From Lama glama (lineage: Eukaryota), in NCBI GenBank assembly GCA_028534125.1, contig CM052836.1:4712001-4776000 (forward strand): a stretch of DNA of 64,000 nucleotides, read 5' to 3'. Both the position numbers and the translations under genes were made by a program. This document shows positions 50,793 through 64,000 of the stretch, piece after piece. How positions within the stretch are numbered: the stretch's first letter is position 1; every line of letters starts with the position of its first letter. The notes beneath the pieces were generated by a model, which saw nothing but the letters and a program-made list of their open reading frames with translations, made no database searches and was not told where the DNA came from.

Positions 50793-53254
50793 GCCTTGAT
50801 CTTTGAAGTGTTGTGGGCTCTGTGGTGGGGATGTGGAAATAAGGGGGAAGTGGATGCAGAGAAGGGACCGAATTCACGGGGCTTGTCCCTCCTCCAGTCT
50901 CGCACATTAAGGGCCGGGAACTATGGCTTCAATAGAATGTGGTTCTTGAGCACTCTTATAAAAATGGAAGCAGGTCACTGCCTTAGCCAGCCCCAGGATG
51001 GTCACGTGATGCTGGGGCAGGGCCGGGAGCCTCCTCTGACTTGGTTCACTCTGTGAGGAGGCAGCTCCTTCCCTGCGTGGGACCACAAGAGCGAAAGGCA
51101 GCAGATGCATGGGATGCACAGTGCTGGTGCCTGTTCTCTCTCTCTCTGTCTCACGCACACACACACACACTAAACCGTTCATGGAGCTTCAATCAATGGG
51201 AGACCCCGAGGGTGACCAGAGTCCACACGTACTTCGTGAAGGTCACAGCTTAAGCCAGGGAACTAGACCTATTCTGGTGTCGGGAGTTGGGATGAGGGAG
51301 GGGGAGTCTCAGACCCCTTTGAGAGAACAGAGACAGCTCTGGACTCATCTCCCTGTTTTGGAGCTCAGAGCACCTGCTTTCTGCATAACCACCGAAGGCT
51401 TTAGTCAGGGTGGAGAGTCAGAACTGAGGGCAGGCCGGAGCACCCGCCATGGGCAAGGGTGCCAGGAGGCGGGCCGGGTTGCCGATCAGAGAGTGGAGGA
51501 GGCTGGAGATAGATACGCTTCCTGCTTTGCAGTTTTACTAAAGGTCGATGCTGTGCTTCCCCAAGTGACTTGTGGCTTGTGATTGCGTCCACTCCGGGTG
51601 GGGTGGCAAGCATGGGAGGACCTGCCTTCAACGCATACATATCCATTCAGCAGCGAGTTCTCCTCTCCCTGCCCCACAAAAATCCATCGGCCAGGAGATC
51701 CAGGGTGCCTTCCAGGAGCAGAGCATCATGCCTGGTGCTGTGGGGACAGGAGCCAAGTATAAATGTGGTTCCCGCCCTTTCAGGCCGTACAGCCTAATAG
51801 AAGACTAAGGGAAGATGTCAAATCTAGACCCAACAAGATGATAGTGGAGGCTGCCGTGGACTGAAAACAGTAACGTGATTCCATTTGACGAAGCTCTGTG
51901 AGACACTTGTCCCCACCAGTGGTATGCTGGGGTGTCCCGCACCTGCTCCTGGAGCCGACTGCACTTCCCAGCTTCGCATTCAGTAATGTCACGCTGGTTG
52001 CTTGAAATCAGCAATGGGAGGAATATTTACACGACAGAAACAGGCAAGGGCTGTAAATCAGGGCTCCTTCTTTTTGAAGAGCCAGCTTACCAGCTCACCA
52101 CTGCTGGCACGTGGCACAGGGCTTGGTAGCTGGTACATGTTCGGTGCGGTTTTGCCAAGAGAAAGAGATGCTGGACACGCTTCTCATCTTCAACCCGGGT
52201 CCCCTCCAGTGCTGGTTCCTCCTGTATGAGAGACCGTCTTCATCACTCCAGCACAGCCACGCTCTTCAGATTCCAGCCCAGAAAAGTCATGAAAGGAAGG
52301 GCTTTCCTTTCCTCCTGAGCCAGGGTCTCCTCCTGTCTGAGTTCCCACGGCCTCTAGCTGACCGGCTACCTCTTCCGGGAGAGACTCCACTCCTCCCCGC
52401 AAGAGTGACCTTAAGGCCACATCTCAGAGAAGAATAAAAGCCCAGGGTTGGAGGAGAGACAGACACAACCGCTGGAGCCACGGGGAGGGGTGGAGATGGG
52501 CTAGTGCTGTTTACAGGGAAATAAAGCCCTGACTCTAGTCTGAGGCAGAAGGCGTGGGTGGCCTCAGAGTCATGATTACAATTTGGGACAACAGCTCAGT
52601 CTGCAGCCGCAGCAGCCGTCAGGGCGTCGTGGGAGAAGCCCTGGTGCGGAGCTGCAAATCCGAGCTCTGACGGTCACCCTGAGGAGAGTGACCTTTAATC
52701 GCTAGGTGATGGGGAGGCATGAAAGTCCTCTGGGCGGAGGACACCTCAGGGTGCTCCAGCGAGCTCCGGTTGCCAAGAGCACTCATTCACGAGTGTTCCT
52801 AGATCCTTCCCGTCATGCTTCATTTCATCCAGCTTCCTCTTTTGAAGAGATTATATTTTTGCTGAGTTGACTTAGGTCAGAAATCTTTGTTTACTAATGC
52901 TATCTTCTATTTCCACCCTGTAATTCTTTTGTTTTTAAGAGCAGCAAGTTTCTAAAAGCCAGATTTGAAAAGCAGACAATTACCTTATAGTGAATGCTAA
53001 TACAAGAATATCTTTTCAATTTGCTGGTATCATGAAGTCATTTATTTGCTCTGGTCTGTCTTAACCACTGAACCATCGCAGACGGGTGCAGTCCGAAGGC
53101 CTAGACAGCAGTCCTGGTGGTCACTAAGTAGTTGGGCTATCTTGAGTGACCTTGGACATCTCATTTCATCCCTCTGTCCTAGATTCCTCATCTGCAAAAA
53201 GTATGGGTTGGGTCAGATGGCCTAAAATAGTTCCCGCAGCTGCAATAACGTATG

Positions 53255-53448
53255 TTTTTTTTTTTAATTGAGGTGTAGTTGATTTACAATGTTGTGTTAA
53301 TTTCTGGTGTATACAGCATAGTGATACAGTTGTATATATATGTTCGTTTTCATATTCTTTTTTATTATAGGTTATTACAAGGTATTGAATATAGTTCCTT
53401 GTGCTATAGAGTAGAACCTTGTTGTTTATCTACTTTATACATAATGGT
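53255..53448 (-). mobile_element. L1 3' UTR fragment
   Basis: Poly-T then aattgaggtgtagttgatttacaatgttgtgttaatttctggtgtatacagcatagtga; same family as 1326-2063. Confidence 0.88.
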
Positions 53449-53964
53449 TAGTGCCTGTGTTCTTTTGACATAGGCACTTATCCAGTCTCCAAGCCCGTTA
53501 TTAAAGTATATGACATATTTTTATGAGATAAGGAGAATCATCACAGACCTTTTAGCCTGCCTTCCACAGAGAATCAGTCATTATCATTTTGCTTTACTGA
53601 TAACTCACTTCTCACTCCCTAAACTACGCTGCAAATAAAATACAAAACCCCAGGAATCTGGTATCGGAAAGTGATGGCTATAAATGTATTTCACATCAAT
53701 GTCTTTAATTGTTGCTTCTCCGTGCAGCAGTAATTAAATAATTTGCCTACGTCATTTTAAATTCTGAGTGAGAACTGTTGTCTGTGTTGAACTCCAGGCT
53801 GAGTGCTTGAAACAAAATTGGTTCTACTGAGTGCCTGCTGCTTAAGGAAAGTGATGGCAGCCTTGCCCTGATTTTCACGTTGTACATAACTCTAGGAAGA
53901 AACAATGAGGCTTTTCTGTGGCATTTTTTTATTGCAAAGTCTGTATGTCTAAACTTGAAAAAAA

Positions 53965-54672
53965 TACATGCTTTAGTACAGAGATTTCCCGTATACCTCC
54001 TGACCCTACACACCACACACAGCCTCCCCCATTAACAACATCCCCCACCAGAGTGGTGCCTGTGTTACAGCTGATGAACCTACACTGACTCATTAACCAA
54101 AGACCATAGTTTACTTTAGGGTTCACTGTTGGTGGTGTACATTTGATGAGTTTGAGCAAATATAGAATGTCGTGTGTCCACCATTATAGTATCAGGCAGG
54201 GCAGTTTCACTGCCCTAGAAATTTCATGCGCTTGACTACGCACCCCTCCCTCCCCTGTCACCCCCGGCAACCATCCATCAATCTGCTCTCTCCATAGTTC
54301 TGACTTTTCCAGGATGTCACATAGTTGGAATCAGAGCATGTAGCCTTTTCAGATTTGCTTCTCTTACCTAGTAACATGNNNNNNNNNNNNNNNNNNNNNN
54401 NNNNNNNNNNNNNNNNNNNNNNNNNNNNNNNNNNNNNNNNNNNNNNNNNNNNNNNNNNNNNNNNNNNNNNNNNNNNNNNNNNNNNNNNNNNNNNNNNNNN
54501 NNNNNNNNNNNNNNNNNNNNNNNNNNNNNNNNNNNNNNNNNNNNNNNNNNNNNNNNNNNNNTTTTTGTGTGCACATGGTTTTCAACTCCTTTGGGCTGAA
54601 AGGAGTGTGATTACTGGATTACATGGTAAGAATGTTAGTTTTGTAGGAAACTGCCAAACTGCCTTCCAAAGT
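53965..54672 (-). mobile_element. L1MC-like fragment (contains gap 54379-54561)
   Basis: gtacagagatttcccgtatacc...catcccccaccagagtggt...ccatagtttactttagggttcact...gaaactgccaaactgccttccaaagtg. Confidence 0.8.
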
Positions 54673-55068
54673 GACTTTTATTTGTTCATGAAAAGAAATT
54701 GTGTATCATGTAACACCCTTGAACATATCTGTGATGTCACCTCCACTCTTCAGAGGTCAAAATCTCCCTGAGAGATTTTCAGGGTTAATCAACACTGAAT
54801 TTAGGGTGAGGTGACAACCAGCCCTATGGATTGGAGTGAAGGAGGATGGTGTCCTGGATGCTTGTAAATGCATGTGTGTGAATTAAGGATTATGTCTGTA
54901 AGGATGTCATAGATTAGAGCAAAGACGTGTTTTGAGGATTAATGTGGGAGTCCACTGTCGTCACTTGAGTGGTCTGTGTCACCGGTGGTTGCATTTCTAT
55001 AGTGTTTGAATCCCAGAGCAACCCGTTTTTTACCCCCGGCCCCAGTTAAATCCCTGAATTTCTACTTC

Positions 55069-55087
55069 TGGCCACAAGGTGGCATCT
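55069..55087 (+). promoter_or_regulatory. Candidate CTCF site
   Basis: TGGCCACAAGGTGGCATCT closely matches the CTCF core TGGCCACCAGGKGGCRC. Confidence 0.55.
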
Positions 55088-56072
55088 GATTTTCATTAAT
55101 ACCCGAGACACACCATCTCTCACCCTTCAAACTGGAAACCCACATCTGTCTCAGCTTCTGGACTCTATTGTACTAGAATGCTTTTTCAGATAGCAGCATT
55201 TCTAAACGAAATTATATTAACTTGTGTTTCTCTAGGAAATGAATGAAACTTTTTGTATCTGCAAATCAGATCTGCACCAAGGCATGCTCGCGAATCTTCA
55301 GGTTTTAAAATTGATCGTTGTGCTGAACCTCCTTCATAGTTTGGGAACTTTTCCCCCGTGTGTTTCTTTGCCTTACAGCTGAGACTGGAGGCACGAACTA
55401 TTCTGACAATTGCTCATTATATGCCACGTGCTACTTTGCTTGGGAATGAGAGAGAGTGTACCGAGAAGCCTTTGCTCAAAGATCTAGCTCTCACCCTGGG
55501 TCTACACAAGAGACATGCAGGAGATAACCCTAAAGGAAAAACTCTCAAGGCAAATTGTCCAAGTTGGAGGCCCTTATTATGAGTAGGAGAATGTTTGGAA
55601 ACCCAAAAGGAGTGTATTGACTTCAAAATATGAAAAGAAAACTGAGAAATCAAAATGAACGAACATTGAATTAAATGTCTATAAAACATTGGATCAGCTA
55701 TTGGATAGCTGCTAGCTCTCCCAGGGCCATGTAGAAATTATGCTGAATGGGGGATGTGTGTAAATTAAAGATTTTTCTTTTGATGTGGGATGAGGACTTA
55801 GAGACTCAGGTTTAGAAAGTTCTTTAAACAGTTCTGCTCCCGTGGCTGGTATAGTCACGGAATCCCCAAGGATGAGCCGGCCTTGGCATGCCAGACGAGC
55901 CAGGGTCCGGGGGTGTTTACCAGTCCTCCTTACTGTTCCTTTCCTCCAACAGCTGGATCAGCTGGTGTAGGGCGAGCCTGGCAGAGAACGAAGAATAGAT
56001 TGGAAAAAGGGTTCTGTGAATTCTTTCTTTTAGTGGATACTCTTTGGCTTCTCGATAATAAAGCAATTAATT

Positions 56073-56231
56073 CATTAATTTATTTAAAAATTATTATTAT
56101 TAGTTGTTTGTGGGGAGAGGTAATTAGGTTTGTTTATTCATTATTTTTTAATGGAGGTACTGGGGATTGAACCCAGGACTTGTGCATGCTAAGCACACAC
56201 TCTACCACTGAGCTATTCCCTCCCTTCCAAG
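56073..56231 (-). mobile_element. tRNA-derived SINE (vic-1-like)
   Basis: tggaggtactggggattgaacccaggac...ctctaccactgagcta; flanked by gcaattaatt at 56063-56072 and 56232-56241. Confidence 0.88.
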
Positions 56232-57769
56232 GCAATTAATTTCAGTTTGACTTAACTTTGTTTAAAAAAATTTAGCATTGCCACTGATTCCTTCCAGATC
56301 CCCCCAAAAAAGAAAATAAACTCTAGGTGTATTTTGGCTACATGAGAGGACATTCGTATTCTACTCTAATGATGTCCTCTTATGAAATGCATGCTTTATT
56401 TAAGAATATCCTCCCCCTCGTGTTGAATTCTGGCACTCCCTTCTCCTTCTGTGCAAGTGGGGAGTGCTAGATGGAGCTGGGAGGGAGGCAGAAGCATCTG
56501 TGTGCTTTAGGAAGAAGAGGAAATGCATCCACCAGGAGCTTGGAGCTCCCAAGAGTGTTTTTGATATCCAGCAATAAAGTTCAAGCTGATGCCTCCCAGA
56601 ATCACTGCAAAGCATAGGTAATTTTAGGAACCCAGGACTGCTCACCAGACCAAAACACTCTGCTTTATGCCAATAAGGATTTAGTAGCCAGAGAAACTGG
56701 TGCGCACACACATGCGCGCGTGTGTGTGATGTGTGTGTGTGTTTCACAAGAGAGGTGTGTTAGCTACTTTGCAAAAGGAGATTTCAATTTGTAGAAGAAG
56801 CCACACGGGTTGGCTTTAGAGAGGACTCCAGTACTCCTAGACATTTATTATGCTCTGTGATTGATAACAATGAGATTTGCATCCGCTGTTTTTTCAGGAA
56901 GTTATTGAGCAAGGCGAGGAACACCTTCCTGGGAGGAGCAAAGGCAGAGTTGTCTGTGATTTTGTTGAAAGACTGCTGAACCTGAAACTCAGCCTGTGAC
57001 CAGGATGTGCAAACCGACGGGCAGAGCACCTGAGCTAACTGTGGGCAGCCAAACAAGGTGCACAAAGTTTACCTGGTTTGTTGAACAGGTGTCATCTCTG
57101 ACATACGTCATTAAGCTCCAGGCTGAGACAAAGGCGACTTCCGGCTTCTCCTGGTGTTGCTGTTTGCACTTGACATGGGGGCGTTCTGAGGCTGGCAGGG
57201 AGAGAGGAAGGATGTGGCTGGGAGCCAGCTCAGCGGGGCTCAGTCCCCAGTGACCTTTAGCTGTGAGTCCAGTCTAAGGAAAGACAAGTCCTGGTGCAGC
57301 CGGGTGCCTGAACTCAGTCTCCCAGTGTCCTCTTCGCTAAGTCAGAGAATGTAGGTTTCTCCAGTGGCTGATCCTGGGGGCACTTGAACAGCCTAGGAGT
57401 GCTCTACTTTTTTTTCTTTGGAAAAGTTGTGAGAATAACTTACCCATCCCGCTCTTGGAAACTGCGGGGGAAAAAAAAAGAATGTCCTGAAAAATCATCG
57501 GAGTTGCAGATTCACCTCACTTTAAGCAGCTGATGAAATTCTGATCTCTGGTTTACACAGAGAATAGTGAATATCAGGTGCACTATGTTTATTTCACAAA
57601 AGAATGCACACTAAGATTCTTTTTAAAAGCAAGCTCCTTTGGTAAATTTTTAAATATTTAAATGTACCAAAGTCCCACTTGCGCTCAGCTTTCAGAAATA
57701 TGTATGTTGACTTAAGGGAGGGATATGTGAATTGAAGGAGTGAACAGATTGCTGAATTTTTAAACATTA

Positions 57770-59400
57770 TTTATAGATTTACACAGGGAATAATGAACTT
57801 GTTTGGTGTTTGGTTGTGAGTTTTGAGAAAAGCACAGAGTCTTTAATCAGCGCCAGAGTCAAGGTACAGAATAGTTCTCTCACTTCCCCAAATTCCCTCG
57901 TGCTGCCCTTTTTGAGTCAACTTTTTCCTCCATCCTTAACCCTTGACAGACTGTTTTCCATCTCTATAGTTTTGCCCTTTGCAGATCATATAAACTGTAG
58001 ACTCTTTGTCTGTTGTATGGATGTACCTCAGTTTGTTTGTCCATTCACCAACTGATGGACGTTTGGATTGCATCTAGCTTGGTGGTGATGAATAAAACTG
58101 CTCTGAAGATCTGCATGCAAGGTTTTTGTAGAAACACAACTTTCATTTCTCTGCGGTAAATATTTAGGAATGGGATTGCTGAGTTGTACGGTAGGTGTAT
58201 TTCATCTTTATAAGAAACTGCCAAATAGCTTTCTAAAATGGCTGTGTCGTTTGCATTCCCACCAGCAATGTATGGGAATTCCAGTGGCACTGAACAGTAC
58301 AAAATAACTGCTGCTCTCAGTGATCACACATATTTTCAAGAACTAGAGAAAAACAGCCTATTATTTTGTCTTATATATGTAAAGTGTCATTTTTCTCTGG
58401 CTGTGTTCAAGATTTTTTTCTTCCTACGTGCTTTTCATCAATTTGGTTACGATTTGTTGGATTTCACTGAGCATGTCTTGCTGGGGGTGGTTCACTATTT
58501 TTGAATTTGTAAATCTGGATCTTTCACGAAATGTGGAAAGTGTTCACCCTTATTTTTTCAAATATTGTTTCTGGACCAGTATCTCTCTTCTCATTTTGGG
58601 ACTCCAGTGACTTGAATGTTGAACTTTCGATATCATCTCATTAGTCCCTAAAGTTCAATTTATATTGTTTGTAAAAACAATTTTTTTCTCTTTTTTCAGA
58701 TTGGAAAATCATTGCTCTATCTTCAGAGTCACTCACATTTTCCTTTGTCGTCTTCATTCTGCTATTGAGCCCATCCAGTGAATTCTTTACTTCAGATATA
58801 TTTTTTAGTTCTACACTTTCAAGCTTTAAAAAAAAAATAGTTTCTTTTTGTCTGATGAGAATGTCTATCTTTCTATTCTTGTCAAAAGTACACATCTGTA
58901 TCTCATGGAGTATGGTTATAATAAAATAATATACAATATGGTTTAAAGGCTTTGACTGATCATTCCAACATTTAGGTGTTCCCAGGGTTGGCATCTGCTA
59001 ATTGTCTTGTCTTGAAAATTGGCCACATTTTCCTGGTTGTTGGCATGCTGAGTAATTTGAGAGTGTATCCTGAACACTTTGAATATTACGTTGTGAGAGT
59101 CTGAGTCCTATTAAAATCTTCTGGAGCATGTTTATTTTCTGTTCCGGCAGGCAAGCAACCTGACTATGTTCAGACTGTAACTTCAGTTTTACCTGCTACG
59201 GGTGGTGGGTCCAACGTCAGTTTGGGGTCCAAACCCTTTGCTGTGCTGTGTGCGTCTATCCAAGCATGTGCCGCTCAGAGTTGGAACAATCTGGGACTTT
59301 GTCAGTCTTGTATCGTAGTTCAGCTCTCAAAGTCTTTACTGTGCCCTTTTGGGTCTGTCCCGCACACGGGCGGCTCCAGGTGAGCTTAGCGTTTGCGTTG
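57770..59400 (-). mobile_element. Cluster of old L1M fragments
   Basis: Antisense L1 motifs (ccattcaccaactgatggacgtttgg, gaaactgccaaa, ctgctattgagcccatccagtgaatt). Boundaries are approximate. Confidence 0.65.
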
Positions 59401-59994
59401 ATCCCTACACACGGTTATGCTGGCTGCTCTCCAGCTCTCTTTTCTATGGAATCAGACCCCCTCCCCTCGCAGCTCCAACTTGATGGGCTTCTCGTCTCGG
59501 TTCCTCTGGCAAGATATGTAGGTTTCTCGAAGAGGTTTGGGACCCACCCTCTCCAGGCTGTCATACAGTTCAGTGTCATGGGGATACAACTGGGGCAAAG
59601 TGGCAAGAGAAAAAAGACAAAAAATAGTGGGAATTGTCTCCCCCCCCCCTTTTTTTGTCCTGACCGTAGGATCATTGGAGCATCTTTCTCTAGTTGTCTG
59701 GGTCCATACTATTGCTGTCTCTGCAACGGTGGTAGAAAAGAGAGAGGAAAAAGAGAAAAAACAATGGGGTTTCTTCCACTTCTTCCGGCTCAAAAGGACT
59801 TTTTACGTGGTTATAGTCAGAAAAAGTGAATTTCACCCACAGATTTTGCTAACTGTACCTGCTGGTAGGTAAACGATGGTAGATTCATACAATGGAATAC
59901 CATCCAACCATTTAAGTAACAAGAAAACTTCTGATATGGAAGGGTGTCAAAGACCCTTAAGTAAAAAAATTGTAAGTTAAAAACAAAGCAGAAA

Positions 59995-60197
59995 GGGGGA
60001 GGGTATAGCTCAAGTGGTAGACTGCGTGCTTAGTAGGCACGAAGTCCTGGGTTCAATCCCCAGTACCTCCACCAAAAATAAATAAATTATCTCCCCTCCA
60101 AAACACACAAAACAAAGCAAAGCAAAGCAAAACAAAACACAGAAAAATAAAACAAAAAATCAAACAAACAAAAGCCCCAAAAGAAAATAAAGCAAAG
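59995..60197 (+). mobile_element. tRNA-derived SINE (vic-1-like) with extended A-rich tail
   Basis: gggggagggtatagctcaagtggtag...gtcctgggttcaatccccagtacctcca followed by a (CAAAR)n tail. Confidence 0.9.
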
Positions 60198-63100
60198 TTT
60201 TATAATATGTTACTTTTGGACGAAAAGAGGAGGTGAGAATATCTATTTATACTGATCATCTGTGCAAAAATAAACTCTAGAAGGGTACACAGAACACTAA
60301 CCTCACGGTGGCACCAGGATACGGGGAGCAAATGGATGACAGAGGACAGAACCAGGAGGGTGACATTTCATGTATAAAACTAAACTAAAAAGTTATGTCT
60401 TTAATGTCTGCATCATGTGGATGCAGTATCTATTTTAGAAGTAAAACTTAAAAATAAGATCAAGTGTATCTGGAAACAACCCTCCATCCAGAAAAACACT
60501 CCAAAATGCCACCAGCAAGCATAAAGACCAACCTAGAAGGGCAGGTTCTCGGACATCTGTCAGGGGTATGCACGGAAGAGATGCTTCTAAGTCCGGAACT
60601 TTCCATTTGCACCCAGAAGCTCAGGCCCCATCAACACCCACTTACTCTGCCTTCCTGAAGGTTCTACGTTCCCTTCTGCGTGAGGCTAGTTATTCCAGAA
60701 GCCATCAGGACCAGAAACCCCAAGATGGGAAAATCAATGAAATTCTCTCCAGGCTTTGCTGACGAGCCGTCCCGCAACGAGCCAGCCATCTACTGCCCTC
60801 TGCACTGCCGAAGAAGCCACTCAGATGTGAGCAGTCATCTGGGATTTCCAGCTGCCCAGATGTGAATGTGTCCTCCTTGTGAACTTAGTAAATCCAGTCA
60901 TGTACACACACCTGTGTTTCCCAAGAACCACCATCTGGTGTTGGGTGTGTACAGTCGAGTCATCATATTTGCAACAAAGCAGTGTTTTTTTGGCTTAATC
61001 TCCTCCTGGAAACTTTGGGTATTCCAACCTCTTACAACTTCCTTTGGTCCTTTGGAGTTTCTGGGGTCTCATAGGGGCTCAAGAAATGTCCATCTGGATT
61101 CGCCCACCTTGTCCTCATCCTTGGTGATCCTGACCTCATCAAGCAGTTTTTATCATCTCTGTGATAATAAGACAGTCCCCAGAATCCTGTGATGTCACTG
61201 GGTTCCTGGATCACAAGGAGCCACCTGTGGCCTCGGCATTTTTGTGTTTCACCTTCATTCTGTGCTCCAGCAGGTGAAGACAAAGTGTGAAAACTGGCTT
61301 TTACCTTTACAGCCCTGAACGGAGGGGCCTGCAAAGCTCTGTGCTCCAGGTGAGCATCAAGACTCTGAGCAACCCCAAGCCCCCAGCATCAACCACTAGA
61401 GACCAGTCAAGAGAACAGTCCCAAGGCGTATCTTGCTGTACTTAAAATTACCCCTGCCCCATTGTCAGCCATTTCCCCCAGGCAGTGCTGTGATCCCCAC
61501 CTCAACGTGCCCCTGCCCTGACGATTTCCATTGTAATCCATTTGCCTACCAGGTGAGTCAAAGGGGGTCTTTTATTATTGAAGATTTAAGGGTCTTGGTT
61601 CTGAGGGGTGGGAGCCAGGCTCAGGGGTCATTGACCAGTTTCCCAGGGGTGTCTCAATGTCACTGGATTTACAGTGACAGCCTCCCTTCTGTGTCCCCAG
61701 TGCACACACACACACACACACACAAGAATGCAACAGTTGTACACTTACAGAATTTGCAAAAAGGTGAATAACTTCTGATAGCATTTAGACACATGATGGA
61801 AGGCATCACAAACATCTGGAATGTCTTTCTTGTTTTTCCCTCCTTATTGCTTATCTCCAGATTTAGGCCTGAACAGTGACACTTGGGGGCCCAGAGCAGG
61901 CCCATTAATTGATATCCCCTTACAGCATTATTCTTTAAATGTTCATTTAACATTTGTTTCTGGAAGTGGCCGAGGACTGCACGGGGAAGATCAGCAAAGA
62001 TGACCAGTGGTAGCTCCCAGCCTCCTTTAACATCTTTAACATCAGCAGTGCATCCCTCACCCCAGACCTGGGCTCACCCACCCCCGCCTCCTCAGAAGGC
62101 AGTCAGGTGGCCATGTGTTGTTTGTGCATGCGCCTTTGGGGTTTCCGCCTCCTAACTCATCAGAGTTTTACTTCCAATCACATCTAATACCACCCTGGAG
62201 AAAAGTATGGCCATGTGCAATCGACGGTTACCCAGATGGTTATATTTCTGGTGAGACTGCAGTGGCCCTTATAATCGGCAATCTAGCAGCTGCCAAGATT
62301 TTCTTCTTCTTAATTGGGTCTTGATTCTGTGTGGCCTCTCTCCTGTGCACTTGTCTGTGTTTCACAGTCTTTCTCATGTATGATAATCGTATCATTCACT
62401 TGCCATCCAGCCATCTGTCTGCCATTCAGCAAAGGGCTACTGGAGCCATGATTGCTGCTGGCATTAGATATATTCGAACCAACAGACACTGTGTCTACCT
62501 TCCAGAGTGTTACAATCTACAGTCTGTCTTAAACTGTCATTCTTTATGTCCGTGGGTATATTTAACCTTTTGGCTATATTATGTCCTGAAATCATGGATC
62601 TTGTCTTTGGCTTGCTTGACCAGTGTTGTATGCTGGGTTCCTTGGAGGCAGACACTGAAATGGTTAGTGTGCAGGGGATTGATCAGGCAAGGGCTTGGGG
62701 GAGAAGGAAGCACAATTAGGCAGGGGGAAGCGTCCAGCCCTGGTGTCGCCAATGCTGTGGGGAGTTCTGAAGCCGGGATGACCTTTCAGAGCTATTCCAA
62801 GTTGGAAATAACTGGTTTGGGGACATTTCAGGCATAACTTTTCAAACAGTCATACCAAATGGACATCTGGTCCAGTGATGCTCACTTCCTGATGGATTTA
62901 GTGTGGGATTAAAGTAGTCTGGAAGTTCATAGCCTCCGATTCACCCTGAGTCTACCGAGCTTTACAGGCACACTGTTGGGTAAATGCGCATGCAGACCAC
63001 TGAGCCTTCCCTTTGGGGATGCTCTGCTCTTGAGGACCGGCTGCAGCCACAGCCTTGTATTCACGTTTGAAAACCTCCTGTGTTTTCTGTGTTCAACAGA

Positions 63101-64000
63101 TCAGGAAATCCACCTGTCAAATCTAGGATGGAACTTGGAATTAACTAATATTTTCTGCAGTGAAATGTCTTAGTATTATTCCTAACATCACTACAATAAT
63201 CTTAAAAATGTCTCTCTACTCTCTGCCTTTTCCAATCATACTTATCCTTTGAAGCGCAACTAAAATACACTTTAAATAAATAATACTGAGCCTCTACTAT
63301 GTATTAAGCACTGGCCAGGCCCTGGGAAAGGTGACTTTGAGAGAAGTGCCACCCCACACCTCAGACCTAGAGACAGGGAGGGTGGGACATGAACAGGTAC
63401 ATAAGTAATTTGAACGCAAGATATTAGAATACAAGAATTATACCCATGGAATGACCATATAATTTATTGCCCCAATCTGGACATTTTTTGAGAGTGAAAG
63501 GAGGGGATCATTAATGAATAAGCAGGAACATCAGGAGCTTTTGTTCAGAGACAGAAAGTGACAAACAGCCCAGCTGCCCCCATGGGGTTTGCACAGGGGC
63601 CCTGCTGGGAGCCACCCTCTGTCGATGTGCTGAGGGAGTGCAGTGCAGCCCAGTCCCGGGGCTTTGAAGTCGCCCTGCAGACCAGAGGCCTGAGGATGAG
63701 CAGGACCATCAGGAGAAGAGGCCTCAGGGCCGGGAGCAGCGGCCACCCCCTGGGCACTGCACACGGGAGAATGGGAGGACCACTGTGATGGGGCCACAGC
63801 TGACAGGGCTCCATGAAAAACCGCCAACAGGAGCTGCTGGGGAAATACTCTCCACCCACCCTGCTCTGGGCCCCGTGTCACCATGGCAGAGCCACCAAGG
63901 ACATCCTTGTCAAGGGTAGAAATGGTTGGGTTTTCCTCATGCTTCATGCTGAGGGGCAAGTAAATCTAGTGCATTAGAGGTCAAGGTACTGTGGGGGCCC

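Larger units (their letters stand above)
47644..50815 (+). other. SLC25A37: 3' UTR of SLC25A37 (long form, to the distal poly(A) site)
   Basis: Follows the stop codon, contains U/AU-rich blocks, and ends just after AATAAA at 50787, which is followed by GU-rich sequence. Confidence 0.6.

Noticed and set aside
47644-50815. Iron-responsive element in the 3' UTR
   Set aside because: The CAGTGN hexamers I checked (near 47987 and 48570) lack the 5-bp upper stem and bulged C. This was not an exhaustive scan; SIREs would settle it.
59995-60070. Apparent tRNA-Ala genes (also 3247, 29173, 56073)
   Set aside because: Degenerate stems, A-rich tails and, for some copies, TSDs identify them as SINEs.
60651-60665. 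Perfect three-unit heat-shock element cTTCctGAAggTTCt
   Set aside because: Nine fixed bases are expected about 0.5 times per 64 kb by chance, and the site is far from the promoter.
1-64000. CRISPR arrays, operons, defence or other prokaryotic systems, or a second protein-coding gene
   Set aside because: The sequence is intron-rich mammalian DNA; I found no regularly spaced repeats and no further ORF with recognisable homology or exon structure.

Overview
This is mammalian genomic DNA, not prokaryotic. Several tRNA-Ala-like SINEs resembling the camelid vic-1 family point to a camelid (alpaca or camel). The window holds one protein-coding gene, SLC25A37 (mitoferrin-1, the mitochondrial iron carrier), on the + strand. 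It has a CpG-island promoter, exon 1 CDS at 13974-14183, a ~28.8 kb intron 1, exon 2 at 42990-43218 and exon 4 CDS at 47123-47643. The 3' UTR carries two AATAAA signals (48311 and 50787). The expected 57-nt exon 3 is not visible and most likely lies in the N-gap at 45149-45288; 210+229+57+521 nt gives 338 aa. The rest is intronic or intergenic DNA with L1, L2, MIR, MLT1, hAT and SINE fragments and four assembly gaps. Nearly all other ORFs in the track look spurious. I see no new gene system. The best leads are regulatory: (1) a chain of long imperfect hairpins, a CA tract and a weak donor in intron 2, an intron known to be retained in erythroid cells; (2) a strong-Kozak uORF upstream of a weaker main ATG; (3) an exon 4 acceptor with no adjacent pyrimidine tract; (4) a 60-bp locally templated insertion inside an L1 tail; (5) an old ~210-bp intronic duplication. 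All repeat names, motif calls and RNA pairings were made by eye and need computational confirmation.
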